DNA from: an uncultured Brevifollis sp.
GTDB taxonomy: Bacteria; Verrucomicrobiota; Verrucomicrobiia; Verrucomicrobiales; Verrucomicrobiaceae
Length of the DNA stretch: 64,000 nt
Assembly (NCBI GenBank): GCA_964452755.1
Contig: CAYVQY010000008.1
Coordinates: 34,578 to 98,577 of the forward strand
Reading direction: 5' to 3'
Below are positions 20,038-30,290 of this stretch, piece after piece (within the stretch, counting starts at the first letter, position 1; every line of letters starts with the position of its first letter). The position numbers and the translations under genes are program-made. The notes under the pieces are model-generated. The model saw only the letters and a list, made by a program, of their open reading frames with translations. It was not told the origin of the DNA and did no database searches.

Positions 20038-20958
20038 GTGGCACGTTTGATGTGGATGTTCCGTCAGTTCTCATGCCTGCTTTTGTTCCTCACGCTCGTT
20101 TCTCGGCTCACTGGAGCTGACATCCAGCACCCTTTCCTCTGCTGCGACTACAGCGGTGACAAGGTCTGCATCGTCAGTGCTGAAGGAAAGATCGAGTGGC
20201 AGGTCGAAGCACGGCGCCCGCAGGACTGCTGGCTGCTGCCGAATGGAAACGTCCTCTTCGCCTACGTCGGCGGAGCCAAAGAGATCACGCCGGGCAAAGA
20301 AGTCGTCTGGGAATACAAAGCGCCTGAAAAAGGCGTCGAATGCCATGCAGCGCAGCCTTTGGCCAATGGCAACGTGCTCGTGGTCGAGTGCGGCACCAGC
20401 CGCCTGATCGAGGTGGATCGCGCAGGCAAGATCGCCAAGGAAATCCCGCTCGTCACCACGCCGGAGGTCAAGCTGCACAATCAATATCGTGGCGCTCGTA
20501 AGCTGGCGAACGGTCACTACCTCGTCGTCTTCAAAGGCGAGGGAAAAATCGTTGAACTCGACGGCGACGGCAAAGTGCTGCGTGAGCAAAAAGTGCCCGG
20601 GGACCCGCATGAGGCCATCGCTCTCAAGAACGGCAACTGGCTCGTGACCTGTGGCGACGGCCATCAAGTCGTCGAAGTCAACCCGGCCGGCGAAACGGTG
20701 TGGTCGCTCGGCGAAAATGACCTCCCCGGTCACCCGCTCCGCCTCATGGCCGGTGCGCAGCGGCTTCCCAATGGCAACACGATCCTCTGCAACTACCTCG
20801 GCCACGGCCACATCGGCGAGAACCCGCAGGTCTATGAGGTCACGCCGGACAAGAAGCTTGTCTGGACCTTCGCCGATCACGCGCAGTTCAAGACGATCAA
20901 CCAGATCCAGATTCTCGACACGCCGGTCGATGTCCTGAAGGAAGAGATTTACCGCTGA
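20038..20958 (+). CDS. Exported beta-propeller protein (PQQ-like/arylsulfotransferase-like repeats)
   Basis: Repeated L.NGN.L...E....G..VW units; start codon uncertain (20038-20056). Confidence 0.7.
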   Translation: MARLMWMFRQFSCLLLFLTLVSRLTGADIQHPFLCCDYSGDKVCIVSAEGKIEWQVEARRPQDCWLLPNGNVLFAYVGGAKEITPGKEVVWEYKAPEKGVECHAAQPLANGNVLVVECGTSRLIEVDRAGKIAKEIPLVTTPEVKLHNQYRGARKLANGHYLVVFKGEGKIVELDGDGKVLREQKVPGDPHEAIALKNGNWLVTCGDGHQVVEVNPAGETVWSLGENDLPGHPLRLMAGAQRLPNGNTILCNYLGHGHIGENPQVYEVTPDKKLVWTFADHAQFKTINQIQILDTPVDVLKEEIYR

Positions 20959-21029
20959 GGCCGCACTCGCGAAGCAGCCCGTGAAAATCGGGAGAAACTT
21001 TTCCTCGCCGCAGCGGGTTTTCATGCCGC

Positions 21030-21905
21030 ATGTCACCGACTCTTCGCCGCATCCTTTTCCCGCTCGTTTTCCTGCTGGTCGCGACTTTGATCTTCGCTCA
21101 GCGATCCAATCCTGAGGGCCGAGCTTTGCGGAAAGCGCTACCTGAAACGGTCAAAGTCGAGCGCGACATCGTCTATGCGGCCTATGGCGAGAGGAAGGTG
21201 CTGCTGGACCTCTACCTGCCGAAGAAACCGTCGTCGGACAAGATCCCCTGCATCCTGGTCATCCACGGCGGCGGCTGGCGCATGGGTGACAAGACGAAGT
21301 TCGCCGCGCAGGCCGCGTATCTCGCCGATCAAGGCTTCGCCGCCGCCTGCATCGGCTACCGGCTGCTGCCGGAGGTGACGTTTCCGGCTCCCATTGTCGA
21401 TTGCAAAGCCGCCGTGCGCTGGGTGCGTGCGAACGCTGCGAAGCATGGCATCGACCCGGACCGCATCGGCGCTACGGGCGGCTCGGCGGGCGGTCATCTC
21501 ACGGCGATGCTCGCCAGCAGCCACAAAGTCGCCGCGCTCGAAGGCGATGGCGGCCATCCCGGCGTGTCGAGTCGAATCCAGGCGGCTGTCGCGATGGCCG
21601 CGCCGGGAGACATGAGCGTTTATGCCCAGCGAACGGGTGCGCATGCGGAGTTGGCGGCTTTGATTTCGCCAATGACCCACATCGACAAAGACGCCGCGCC
21701 CATGCTGCTGCTTCACAGCACCGATGACCGCACGGTGTCGATCTCCCAATCGGAGGCGATGCTGGCGAAATATGAGGCACTCGGCCTGCCCAGTTACCTG
21801 GTCAAAATCGAAAAAGGCGGCCACGCCTTCTGGAACAGTCCGCAGTGGTTCGGCGGGGTGATGGAGAAGACGGCGGCTTTTTTCAAGACGCATCTGGGAC
21901 AATGA
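21030..21905 (+). CDS. Alpha/beta hydrolase (esterase/lipase)
   Basis: LDLYLP, IHGGGW, GGSAGGHL nucleophile elbow, Asp (DRTV) and His (GGH). Confidence 0.92.
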   Translation: MSPTLRRILFPLVFLLVATLIFAQRSNPEGRALRKALPETVKVERDIVYAAYGERKVLLDLYLPKKPSSDKIPCILVIHGGGWRMGDKTKFAAQAAYLADQGFAAACIGYRLLPEVTFPAPIVDCKAAVRWVRANAAKHGIDPDRIGATGGSAGGHLTAMLASSHKVAALEGDGGHPGVSSRIQAAVAMAAPGDMSVYAQRTGAHAELAALISPMTHIDKDAAPMLLLHSTDDRTVSISQSEAMLAKYEALGLPSYLVKIEKGGHAFWNSPQWFGGVMEKTAAFFKTHLGQ

Positions 21906-21968
21906 CCCGACCGCATTTCCACGGAAAGAGCGCATTGAAGGCGGTCTTGAGCGCGTTTTAACGCTCCC

Positions 21969-23855
21969 ATGACGAGCTTTCGCACTGCACTGATCTTTCT
22001 TGCCCTCGGCGCCTTCACCCACGCGGCAGATTCCCGGCCGAACATCCTCTGGCTGTCCGCCGAGGACATCAGCCCGCATCTCGGCTGCTACGGCGATCCG
22101 CATGCCATAACGCCGAACCTCGATCGTCTCGCGACCGAAGGTGTGCGCTTCACCCACGCCTACACGACAGCGGGTGTGTGTGCTCCGTGCCGGTCAGGCA
22201 TCATCACCGGGATGTATCAGACCTCCATCGGCACGCAGCACATGCGCTGCAACGCGATGCTGCCGGACTTCATCAAGCCCTTCCCGATGCATCTGCGGAA
22301 CGCCGGCTACTTCTGCACAAACAATTCGAAAACGGACTACCAGTTCAGCAAACCCTCGTCGAAGGAGATCTGGAACAGCGTGGGCGGCAAGTCGCACTGG
22401 CGTGAACGTCAGGATCCGAGCCAGCCCTTCTTCTCCGTCTTCAACTACACCGGTTGCCACGAAAGCGGCATCGCCAGCGAATCGAAGTACCGCGAGGTGA
22501 CGAAGAATCTGAAACCCGAGCAACGCCAGGATCCGAACAAGCTGGAACTGCCGCCCTACAACCCCGACACGCCCGTCGTTCGCGAGGACTGGAAGCGAAA
22601 CTACGAGGTCATCACCGCCATGGACGCGTGGGCGGGCGATCTGCTGCGCCAGTTGGAGGAGGACGGTCTCGCTGACAACACGATCGTGTTTTTCTGGTCG
22701 GACCACGGCGTCGGTCTGCCCCGCGCGAAGCGCTGGCTCTACGAATCCGGCACGCACATCCCTCTGATCGTGCGCACGCCAGCGGGGCTCGGTTCGAACG
22801 GCCAAGGCACACCCGGAACGGTGGACGACCAGCTCGTCAGCTCGATCGATTTCGGACCGACGGTGCTGAACCTCGCCGGCGTCGAACTTCCGGCCTACAT
22901 GCAGGGTCGTGCATTCCTCGGCGCTGAACTCAGCCCGCCAAGAAGCTTCATCTATGGAGCCCGCGACCGCATGGATGAGCGCTACGACATCATCCGCAGC
23001 GTGCGCGACCTGCGCTACCGCTACATCCGCAACTACGAGCCGCTCAAGACCTGGTATCAATACATGAACACGCCTGAACAAGGCGCGACGATGAGTGAAA
23101 TCCGCCGGCTGGATGCTGCGGGCACGCTCCCGAAAGAGGCCGCGTTGTTCACCCGTCCGCGGAAGAAGGTGGAGGAGCTTTACGATGTCGAAGCCGACCC
23201 GCATGAGATTCACAACCTGGCCGGTGACCCGGCTCATGCGGCGCGTCTGGAGGCCATGCGCAAGGTTCACCTGCAATGGGTCCAGGACACAAAAGACACC
23301 GGCTTGATCCCCGAATCCGAACTCGGCATCCGCCGCGCCACGCTGGGCTCCGAATACGCCATTCTGCGCCAGGAAGGCGGCGACGCGCTGAACCAACGGC
23401 TCGGCAACATCGCCAAGCTCGCTTCGGATGGGCCGTCGGCACTTCCTGAGCTGAAGAAAGCGATGAATGATGAAGATGCCGCTGTGCGCTACTGGGCCGC
23501 TACCGGTCTCGGCAATCTCGCGCAGGCGGGTGAAAAGCTGGACGGCGATTCACTCGCGCTCGCGGAGTCCGGACTCGCCGATGCTTCTCCCTGCGTCCGC
23601 GTCGCCTCGGCGCGTGCGCTTTGTCACGCGGGAAGACCCGAACTCGGCCTGCCGCTGCTGGAAAAGGAAATGGAGAGCGAGCACGAATGGCTGCGCCTGC
23701 AGGACATCATCGTGCTCGACGAGATCGAGGAGATGGCGCGTCCCGCCCTTCCCGTGATGAAGCGGGCGCTCAAGGATCAACCGAACAAGTACATCATTCG
23801 CGTCTCCAATCGCGCCGTGAACGACCTGCTCGGCACGGACAAGAAGGTGCCGTGA
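21969..23855 (+). CDS. Sulfatase with C-terminal HEAT repeats
   Basis: PNILWLSAEDIS, CAPCRSGIITG, SDHG, KRWLYESG; C-terminal D.DAAVRYWAA and SPCVRVASA repeats. Confidence 0.9.
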   Translation: MTSFRTALIFLALGAFTHAADSRPNILWLSAEDISPHLGCYGDPHAITPNLDRLATEGVRFTHAYTTAGVCAPCRSGIITGMYQTSIGTQHMRCNAMLPDFIKPFPMHLRNAGYFCTNNSKTDYQFSKPSSKEIWNSVGGKSHWRERQDPSQPFFSVFNYTGCHESGIASESKYREVTKNLKPEQRQDPNKLELPPYNPDTPVVREDWKRNYEVITAMDAWAGDLLRQLEEDGLADNTIVFFWSDHGVGLPRAKRWLYESGTHIPLIVRTPAGLGSNGQGTPGTVDDQLVSSIDFGPTVLNLAGVELPAYMQGRAFLGAELSPPRSFIYGARDRMDERYDIIRSVRDLRYRYIRNYEPLKTWYQYMNTPEQGATMSEIRRLDAAGTLPKEAALFTRPRKKVEELYDVEADPHEIHNLAGDPAHAARLEAMRKVHLQWVQDTKDTGLIPESELGIRRATLGSEYAILRQEGGDALNQRLGNIAKLASDGPSALPELKKAMNDEDAAVRYWAATGLGNLAQAGEKLDGDSLALAESGLADASPCVRVASARALCHAGRPELGLPLLEKEMESEHEWLRLQDIIVLDEIEEMARPALPVMKRALKDQPNKYIIRVSNRAVNDLLGTDKKVP

Positions 23856-23901
23856 TCGGAGGGGCCTGAAAGAGCCTCGCGCATGGCGGGTTATTCCTCC
23901 C

Positions 23902-25797
23902 ATGAAGCTCTCCTTCGCTTTGCTGCTCTCATTTGCTTGTGTCTCCGCTGTTCGTGGCGAGACCAACTTCGCACTGAATCCCTCCTTTGAACAAGCCGAT
24001 GCGAAAGGCGTGCTGGTGGATGACTGGACCACGCGGGAAGGCATCGCCGTCGAGCGCATGACGAGTGGCGGGCACACGGGGCAGGCGTTCATGCGCTTCA
24101 AGGACGACAGCCCTACCGGGGGACAGTTTCTCGAGTGCCGTCGTGTGCCGGCGCGACCCGGCGGTCAGTACACCGCGTCTGCGTGGCTGCGCACCGGGGA
24201 CAAGTGCCGTCCCGGCGTCTATTTGAACTTCTACGATATGTACGGTCATCGCATCGCGCACCGTTTTGAACGCACGAAGGGTTCAGTGGCGGAGTGGCAG
24301 CGCGTGGAGGTGCAGGACACCGCCCCGGCGGATGTCTGGGAGGTGGCGGTGGCGATCTATGCCTATGGCGGTGATGTGGGTGTCTTCGATGCGGATGATG
24401 CGGAACTGCTCGTACAAGGCGGCGGCGAGCCCGGCTCGGCGGGGCTGGAGCCAGCCACGGCGGGCGACAAAACGGCGTATGAAATCGGCACGCGGCGCGA
24501 GTTGTTCGTCGATGACTTCCTGATCGACGGTCAGAGCGGCGTGATCGAGCGGCGGCTTCAGCATCCTGTGCCGCAGGAGGTCGCGCTGAAGCTGGACAAG
24601 CCCTGGGAGGGCGAAACCTCCGCCTACTTCGCCATGGTTCAGGACGGTGCACGGGTGCTGATGTACTACCGCGGCCAGATCAGCCCAGGGAGCGCCGGTC
24701 AGGTGTGCTGCGTGGCGGAAAGCCGGGACGGGATTCACTTTGAGCGTCTGAATGCCGGCTTGTTCGAGTTCGAGGGATCGAAGGACAACAACATCATCTG
24801 GAAAGGCGTCGGCGCGCACAACTTCACGCCCTTTCTCGACTCGAATCCCAACGCTCCGGCCGACGAGCGCTTCAAGGCAATGGCCTACTCGCATCACGGG
24901 AAAGGCCTCGGCGTTTTTGGTTCGCCAGACGGAGTGCATTGGCGTGAGTTGCTCGATCACCCGGCCATTACCGATGGCGCGTTCGATTCACAGAACCTCG
25001 CCTTCTTCGACGCACAGCGCGGACTGTATGTCGATTACCACCGCAAGGGCCGCAACGGCGTGCGCGACGTCATGACCTGCACCAGCAAGGACTTCAGGAC
25101 TTGGACCGCGCCCGTGTTTCTCGAATACGGCGATCCACGTCTGGAGCACCTCTACACGAACGGCATTCTCCCGTATTCGCGCGCGCCGCATCTCTACCTT
25201 GGATTGCCCGCCCGCTTTGTGCCGGGCCGCACGAAGATCGTCGGGCGCAAAGATCCGGGCGTCAGCGATGCGGTGCTGATGAGCAGTCGCGACGGCCTGC
25301 ACTTCGATCGTTGGTCGGAGGCCTTCATTCGCCCTGCCACCGAGCCGGAAGTCTGGACGGACCGTAACAACTATCCCGCCTGGGGCATCCTCGAAACCGG
25401 TCCCGAGGAGCTGTCCGTTTACTGGACCGAGCACTACCGTCATCCCGGCATGCGCCTGCGCCGCGGCACCCTACGCAAGGACGGCTTCGTCGCGCTTCAC
25501 GCAGGCGGCGAAACGGGTGAGGTGATCACCCGGCCCCTGGTCTTCACCGGCAAACGCCTCCTCGTCAATCACGCCACCGACGCCGTCGGCTGGATTCGTT
25601 TCGAACTTTGCGACACGCAGGGCAAGCCCATCGACGGCTTCTCCTTTTACGACTCCGAGACGCTCTTCGGGAACGAACTCGAACACGAAGTCACCTGGCG
25701 GAAAGGTGCCGACCTCTCCAAACTCGCCGGCAAACCCGTCCGCCTCCGCCTGCGCCTCCAAAACGCCGACATCTACTCGTTTCAGTTCGCGCAGTGA
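23902..25797 (+). CDS. Exported CBM4/9-like domain plus five-bladed beta-propeller glycosidase-like domain
   Basis: NPSFE N-terminal CBM-like start; RELFVDDFLI, ESRDGIHF, SPDGVHW, FDSQN, SRDGLHF Asp-box-like repeats; LR.DGF near the C-terminus. Confidence 0.7.
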   Translation: MKLSFALLLSFACVSAVRGETNFALNPSFEQADAKGVLVDDWTTREGIAVERMTSGGHTGQAFMRFKDDSPTGGQFLECRRVPARPGGQYTASAWLRTGDKCRPGVYLNFYDMYGHRIAHRFERTKGSVAEWQRVEVQDTAPADVWEVAVAIYAYGGDVGVFDADDAELLVQGGGEPGSAGLEPATAGDKTAYEIGTRRELFVDDFLIDGQSGVIERRLQHPVPQEVALKLDKPWEGETSAYFAMVQDGARVLMYYRGQISPGSAGQVCCVAESRDGIHFERLNAGLFEFEGSKDNNIIWKGVGAHNFTPFLDSNPNAPADERFKAMAYSHHGKGLGVFGSPDGVHWRELLDHPAITDGAFDSQNLAFFDAQRGLYVDYHRKGRNGVRDVMTCTSKDFRTWTAPVFLEYGDPRLEHLYTNGILPYSRAPHLYLGLPARFVPGRTKIVGRKDPGVSDAVLMSSRDGLHFDRWSEAFIRPATEPEVWTDRNNYPAWGILETGPEELSVYWTEHYRHPGMRLRRGTLRKDGFVALHAGGETGEVITRPLVFTGKRLLVNHATDAVGWIRFELCDTQGKPIDGFSFYDSETLFGNELEHEVTWRKGADLSKLAGKPVRLRLRLQNADIYSFQFAQ

Positions 25798-25815
25798 ACG
25801 ATGCGTGCCCCCGGT

Positions 25816-27024
25816 TCACTCCGCCGCTTTCACTCGCATGCCGTCGGCGACCTTGTCACTCGGGTAAACCACCACGGTGTCTCCCGCGTTCAACCCCCCA
25901 AGGATCTCAGCATGAAGATCGTTCCGGTGCCCAAGTTTGACTTGGGCCAGCTCTGCTTTGCCGTTTCGAAGAGCGAAGACCGACCATTCGCCTGCTTCAC
26001 GGAAAAGAGCGCCTGCAGGGACGAGGAGCACATCATCCGACTCCCAGACGACGAGGCGGGCTTCGATGCGGTAACCGTCGCCAAGGGTGCTGCGCTTTTC
26101 CGGGGGATCGACGAAATCGGCGATGACATTCACGCGTTGCTCTTCGATGCCGAGGGCGGAGACTTTTGTGAAGGCGGAGGGCTCGACCATGCGGACGCGT
26201 GCTTCAAGAATCGAGTCGCCGCCCCAATGATCGACGATCATTCGGGTGCCGGGATGAATCTTGACGGCGTCGGTCGAGAGAACATCGACTTCAATTTCGA
26301 TGTTGGCCGGATCAGCCAGTTCGATGAGCGGTTCGCCGGGGGTGACGACCTTTGAACTCTCCTGAATCACACGAAACACGCGGCCGGTGATTGGCGAGCG
26401 AATGGCCATGCGCGGCCCCTGATCTATGCCGGTCAAGTCGTCACCGGGTTTGGAGTAGAGAAGGGCCGCTTTGGCGAGTTCGAGTTCGAATTCCGCGACT
26501 TTCTTTGCGAATTCTGCCGCATGGAGTTCCTCGCGTGCGGCCTGCTCGCGATGGGTGGCTTCATCGAGCTGGCTTCTGGGCGCACCTCCGGAAGGCACCA
26601 GGCCGCTGGTTCGGTCGAGTTCGATCTTGGCAAGATCCCATGCGGAGCGCATGCGCTGAACGTTGGGCTCCGCCTGTTGAAGAGCCGCCTGGGCGGCTTT
26701 GACCCGCGCCTCCGCCTGGGCCAGTGCACGCGGATTCAGCAGTTCGGGGTCGGTGGGTTCGATCAGCGCGACGGCGGTTTCTCCCGCAACGACAGGATCA
26801 CCCGGCTTGAGAACGGCGCGCTGTAAGCGGCCGGAAAGAGGCGCCGATATCACGAAGCGGTCCTTTACCCGGGTGCGGCCTTCGTGATCCACGGTGACCA
26901 TCATTGGGCCGCGCTGAATCACCACCACGTCGACATCCACCGGCTGCGGACGAAACGCCCAGACAAGTGCCGCCGCCATCAGCACGGTGGCGGTCCAGAC
27001 AAGGAGACGGGATTTTTTCTTCAT
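25816..27024 (-). CDS. Efflux periplasmic adaptor subunit (HlyD/MacA-like)
   Basis: N-terminal TM, ISAPLSG, coiled-coil hairpin, IRSPITG, SALGIEEQRV, LLVP.GAL. Confidence 0.9.
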   Translation of the reverse strand: MKKKSRLLVWTATVLMAAALVWAFRPQPVDVDVVVIQRGPMMVTVDHEGRTRVKDRFVISAPLSGRLQRAVLKPGDPVVAGETAVALIEPTDPELLNPRALAQAEARVKAAQAALQQAEPNVQRMRSAWDLAKIELDRTSGLVPSGGAPRSQLDEATHREQAAREELHAAEFAKKVAEFELELAKAALLYSKPGDDLTGIDQGPRMAIRSPITGRVFRVIQESSKVVTPGEPLIELADPANIEIEVDVLSTDAVKIHPGTRMIVDHWGGDSILEARVRMVEPSAFTKVSALGIEEQRVNVIADFVDPPEKRSTLGDGYRIEARLVVWESDDVLLVPAGALFREAGEWSVFALRNGKAELAQVKLGHRNDLHAEILGGLNAGDTVVVYPSDKVADGMRVKAAE

Positions 27025-27033
27025 GGCGGAGTG

Positions 27034-29406
27034 TCAATCGCGGGCCTTAAGCACGCCGATGAGGTCGAGTTTGTCCAGCTTTCGTCGGACCACGAGGCCG
27101 GAGATGACGGAGGCGACGGTGATGACGCTGAGCGCGAAGGCGTAAGTCGAGGGAAGAATCACAACAGGGAAACGCTGGCTCTCGGTTTGCAGTCCGAGGA
27201 CGGTGAGGACGGCGAAGCCGTAGCCGCAGAGCAGGCCGAGCGGCAGTCCCGCGGCGAGGACGGAACCGACTTCGCCGAGAAACAGGCGCGAAACCTCCCG
27301 CCGTGAGAAACCGAGCACCCGCAGCGTGGCGAATTCACGACTGCGCTCCGACGCGGCGATTCGGGCGTTGTTGTAAACGACGCCGAACGCGATGATGCAG
27401 GCGAATACGATGTTGAAAAGCTTCATGGCCAGGAGGTTTTCGGCCATGGTATCGCGGAAGCTCCGGAGCATGGCGCCCTTCGAATTCACCGCGGCGATCG
27501 CGGGCGTGTTTTTCACTTCGCGATAGAAGCGATGGAGCTGCGCAGGATCGATCTTCACATGGGCGCCCGAAATGGTCGGGCCTTCTCCGAGGAGACGCCA
27601 CACGCCTTCGATGCGCATGTAGGCGGACAGCCCGGCAAAGTCGTTCACGAGACCGCGGACGGGCAGGTTTGCGAGGCGACGACGTCCCTCGAGGACTTCG
27701 ACCTGCACCGAGTCGCCCGGCTTCACATGAAGGATGTTGGCGAGGGTTTTGGAAATAAGAATGCCGTCATCGCGCATGGGGATGGGGTTCATGTCCATGT
27801 CGAGCACCGGGTAGATCACGCGGCTGTCCGTGTAGCCCATGAGGCCGACGCGACGCCAGCGGTGGCCGGCGCGAATGCGGGTCGAGACCGAGCGAAACAC
27901 CTCCGTCCGCCCCGCACCCGGCAGGTTTTCCAGATTGTGAACCACGTCCTCCGAAGAGGGCTCCATCAGCGCGAGGCTGAAGTCCTGCCGTTGGGCGCGC
28001 TGGAACTGCGTGTCGAGGACGACATTGACGATGTCCTCGGTGAAGGTGCCGAGGATCAGCACCCCGAGCGCCATCGCAATTCCGACGATGCTGAAGAGTG
28101 TGCGCAGTGGACGCGCGATGAGACTGCGGACTGAGATCTTCGTGCTTTGTCTCAGGCCTCCGAGCAGGCCGAATTTCTCCAGCCAGGTCACGCGGGCGGT
28201 GACGGGCGCTTCCGGGCGCATGGCCTCGGCGGGCGGGAGAGAGGCGGCCTTGCGAACGGTTTTGAAAACACCGACGCCCGCGGCAACGAGCGTGACGAGG
28301 ATGGCGACGGCGACCTGCCAGAGCTCCACCTCGTGGCGCATGACGGGCAGATGGAAAAAGCGGCTGTACATGCGGGTCAGAGACTGGCCGATCAAGGTGC
28401 CGCCAGCGATCCCGGCGGCGCAGCCGGTGAAGGCGATGATGCCGGCCAGCTTTGCGTAATGGAGACCCACTTCGCGCCCGCTGTAGCCGAAGGCCTTGAT
28501 CATGGCGATCTGCTCGCGCTGGGTGTGAATGAGCCGGGCGAGTACGACATTCAGCAGGAATGCGGCGACGCCGAGGAAAATCGAGGTCGGCAGCGTGGCC
28601 ATGGCGCGCAGTTGCGTCATTTCATCACTGACCATCCGGTGGGAGATCTGGTCCTCCCGCGTGAAGGAGCCTGCGCCGCCATACGGCGCGATGAGGATGT
28701 CCAGCCGGCGAAGAACGTCGGGCACGGACGCGCCGCGCATGAGCTGGAGAGATACGCTGTTGAAGGAACCGTCGAGTTCGCCGAGCTGGGCGAGTTGACG
28801 GTAGGACATCCACATCACGCCGAAGCGGAGGTTGTCGGGCAGGAGTTCCCCCGGCCTCACCTCGTAGATGTATTCGGGGGAGAGACCGGTGCCCGCCACG
28901 GTGAGGGTCATGCGGTTTCCCTGGACGATCGCACGGAAGCTGTCGCCGGGTCGAAGATGATGAGCGGCGGCGAAGGCCTCGCTGACGATGATCTCGTCGG
29001 GCTTGGCGGGATCGATCCAGCGTCCCGTGCGCAGGTAAATCTCGTTCAGGCTGCGGCTCGGCCCTCCCGGAACGGAGATGAGGCGGCCCGATGCCGGTTC
29101 CTGCATGTCCGGCATGTCGAGAATGATCTCCACTTCGACGCGTGTCTGCACGCGAAGCACCCCGGGGATTTCCGCGATGCGGTCGGCCAGAGAATTGGGC
29201 GCGCGCTTGAGCCTTGCGAAGACGTCGCCAAAGCGTTGCTCCTGGTAATAAGCGGCGCGTGTCTTGTTGAGCGAGTTCATCGTGCTCACCGCCATCACGA
29301 AGGCGGACACGCCGCAGCCGATCACGAGCGCGATGGCGATCGCCTGGCTCTTCATGGCGAAGAGGTCGCGGACGAGTTTGCGGTCGAGCGCTTTCATGCG
29401 GGTCAC
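27034..29406 (-). CDS. ABC transporter permease (FtsX/MacB-like, duplicated)
   Basis: Two halves with [12 protein letters not shown] and [13 protein letters not shown]; multiple TM segments. The start could be the ATG at 29397. Confidence 0.9.
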   Translation of the reverse strand: MTRMKALDRKLVRDLFAMKSQAIAIALVIGCGVSAFVMAVSTMNSLNKTRAAYYQEQRFGDVFARLKRAPNSLADRIAEIPGVLRVQTRVEVEIILDMPDMQEPASGRLISVPGGPSRSLNEIYLRTGRWIDPAKPDEIIVSEAFAAAHHLRPGDSFRAIVQGNRMTLTVAGTGLSPEYIYEVRPGELLPDNLRFGVMWMSYRQLAQLGELDGSFNSVSLQLMRGASVPDVLRRLDILIAPYGGAGSFTREDQISHRMVSDEMTQLRAMATLPTSIFLGVAAFLLNVVLARLIHTQREQIAMIKAFGYSGREVGLHYAKLAGIIAFTGCAAGIAGGTLIGQSLTRMYSRFFHLPVMRHEVELWQVAVAILVTLVAAGVGVFKTVRKAASLPPAEAMRPEAPVTARVTWLEKFGLLGGLRQSTKISVRSLIARPLRTLFSIVGIAMALGVLILGTFTEDIVNVVLDTQFQRAQRQDFSLALMEPSSEDVVHNLENLPGAGRTEVFRSVSTRIRAGHRWRRVGLMGYTDSRVIYPVLDMDMNPIPMRDDGILISKTLANILHVKPGDSVQVEVLEGRRRLANLPVRGLVNDFAGLSAYMRIEGVWRLLGEGPTISGAHVKIDPAQLHRFYREVKNTPAIAAVNSKGAMLRSFRDTMAENLLAMKLFNIVFACIIAFGVVYNNARIAASERSREFATLRVLGFSRREVSRLFLGEVGSVLAAGLPLGLLCGYGFAVLTVLGLQTESQRFPVVILPSTYAFALSVITVASVISGLVVRRKLDKLDLIGVLKARD

Positions 29407-30125
29407 CAGTTGAGCTGCGACGCGGGAAGCTTGGATGCGTTTTTATCGATCGAGAAAATCTGGCCGTCGCTGAGCTGAAGGACACGATCGGCCATGCCGG
29501 CGATGACGGCGTTGTGCGTGATGATGGCGGTCGTGGTGCCGAGTTCTTCGTTCACACGTTGAATCGCTTCGAGCACCTTGATGCCTGTGCCGACATCGAG
29601 TGCGCCGGTGGGTTCGTCGCACAGCAGAACGTCGGGTCGCTTCGCGATCGAACGTGCGATCGCGACGCGCTGTTGTTCACCCCCGGAGAGGTGGGAGGGG
29701 AAGTGGTTCATGCGCTCTTCCAAACCGACTAGGGCTAGCGCGTCCTCGGGAGTCATCGGATTCTCCGCGATCTCGGTGATGAGGGCCACGTTCTCACGGG
29801 CGGTGAGGCTGGGGACCAGGTTGTAGAACTGAAACACGAAGCCGACGTGCTCGCGGCGGTAACGTGTCAGCTTGGCGTCGTCGAACTCGGTCAGATCATG
29901 ATCCCGGTAGCGGACGGTGCCGGAGCTTGGCACGTCGAGGCCGCCGAGTATGTTGAGCAGCGTGGATTTTCCGCTGCCCGACGGGCCGAGCAATACGACG
30001 AATTCTCCGGAGTAGAGCTCCAGGTTCACATCACGAAGCGCGTGCACCTCCGTGTCGCCCATCGGATAGACTTTGCTCACCCCGCGTGCGACGAAGACGG
30101 ATGTTGGAGACGTGGGTTCCGGCAT
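29403..30125 (-). CDS. ABC transporter ATP-binding protein (LolD/MacB-like)
   Basis: [34 protein letters not shown]. Confidence 0.93.
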   Translation of the reverse strand: MPEPTSPTSVFVARGVSKVYPMGDTEVHALRDVNLELYSGEFVVLLGPSGSGKSTLLNILGGLDVPSSGTVRYRDHDLTEFDDAKLTRYRREHVGFVFQFYNLVPSLTARENVALITEIAENPMTPEDALALVGLEERMNHFPSHLSGGEQQRVAIARSIAKRPDVLLCDEPTGALDVGTGIKVLEAIQRVNEELGTTTAIITHNAVIAGMADRVLQLSDGQIFSIDKNASKLPASQLNW

Positions 30126-30290
30126 GGCGTGGTTTCAATGAAAGCGGGATGGGCGGGATAATCCAGCGGTTCGTGGCTGGGCTGGTTCTGATTTTACCCT
30201 TCAGAAGCGCGGGAAGCGGGCGTCCATGCGGCCTTTCTCCTTCATGCCTTTTCAGTTGTCCTTCTCGCATTGACCGTTAGACCCATTCCA

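Noticed and set aside
25801-26355. 184-aa plus-strand ORF after the glycosidase-like gene
   Set aside because: Lies antisense within the efflux adaptor gene.
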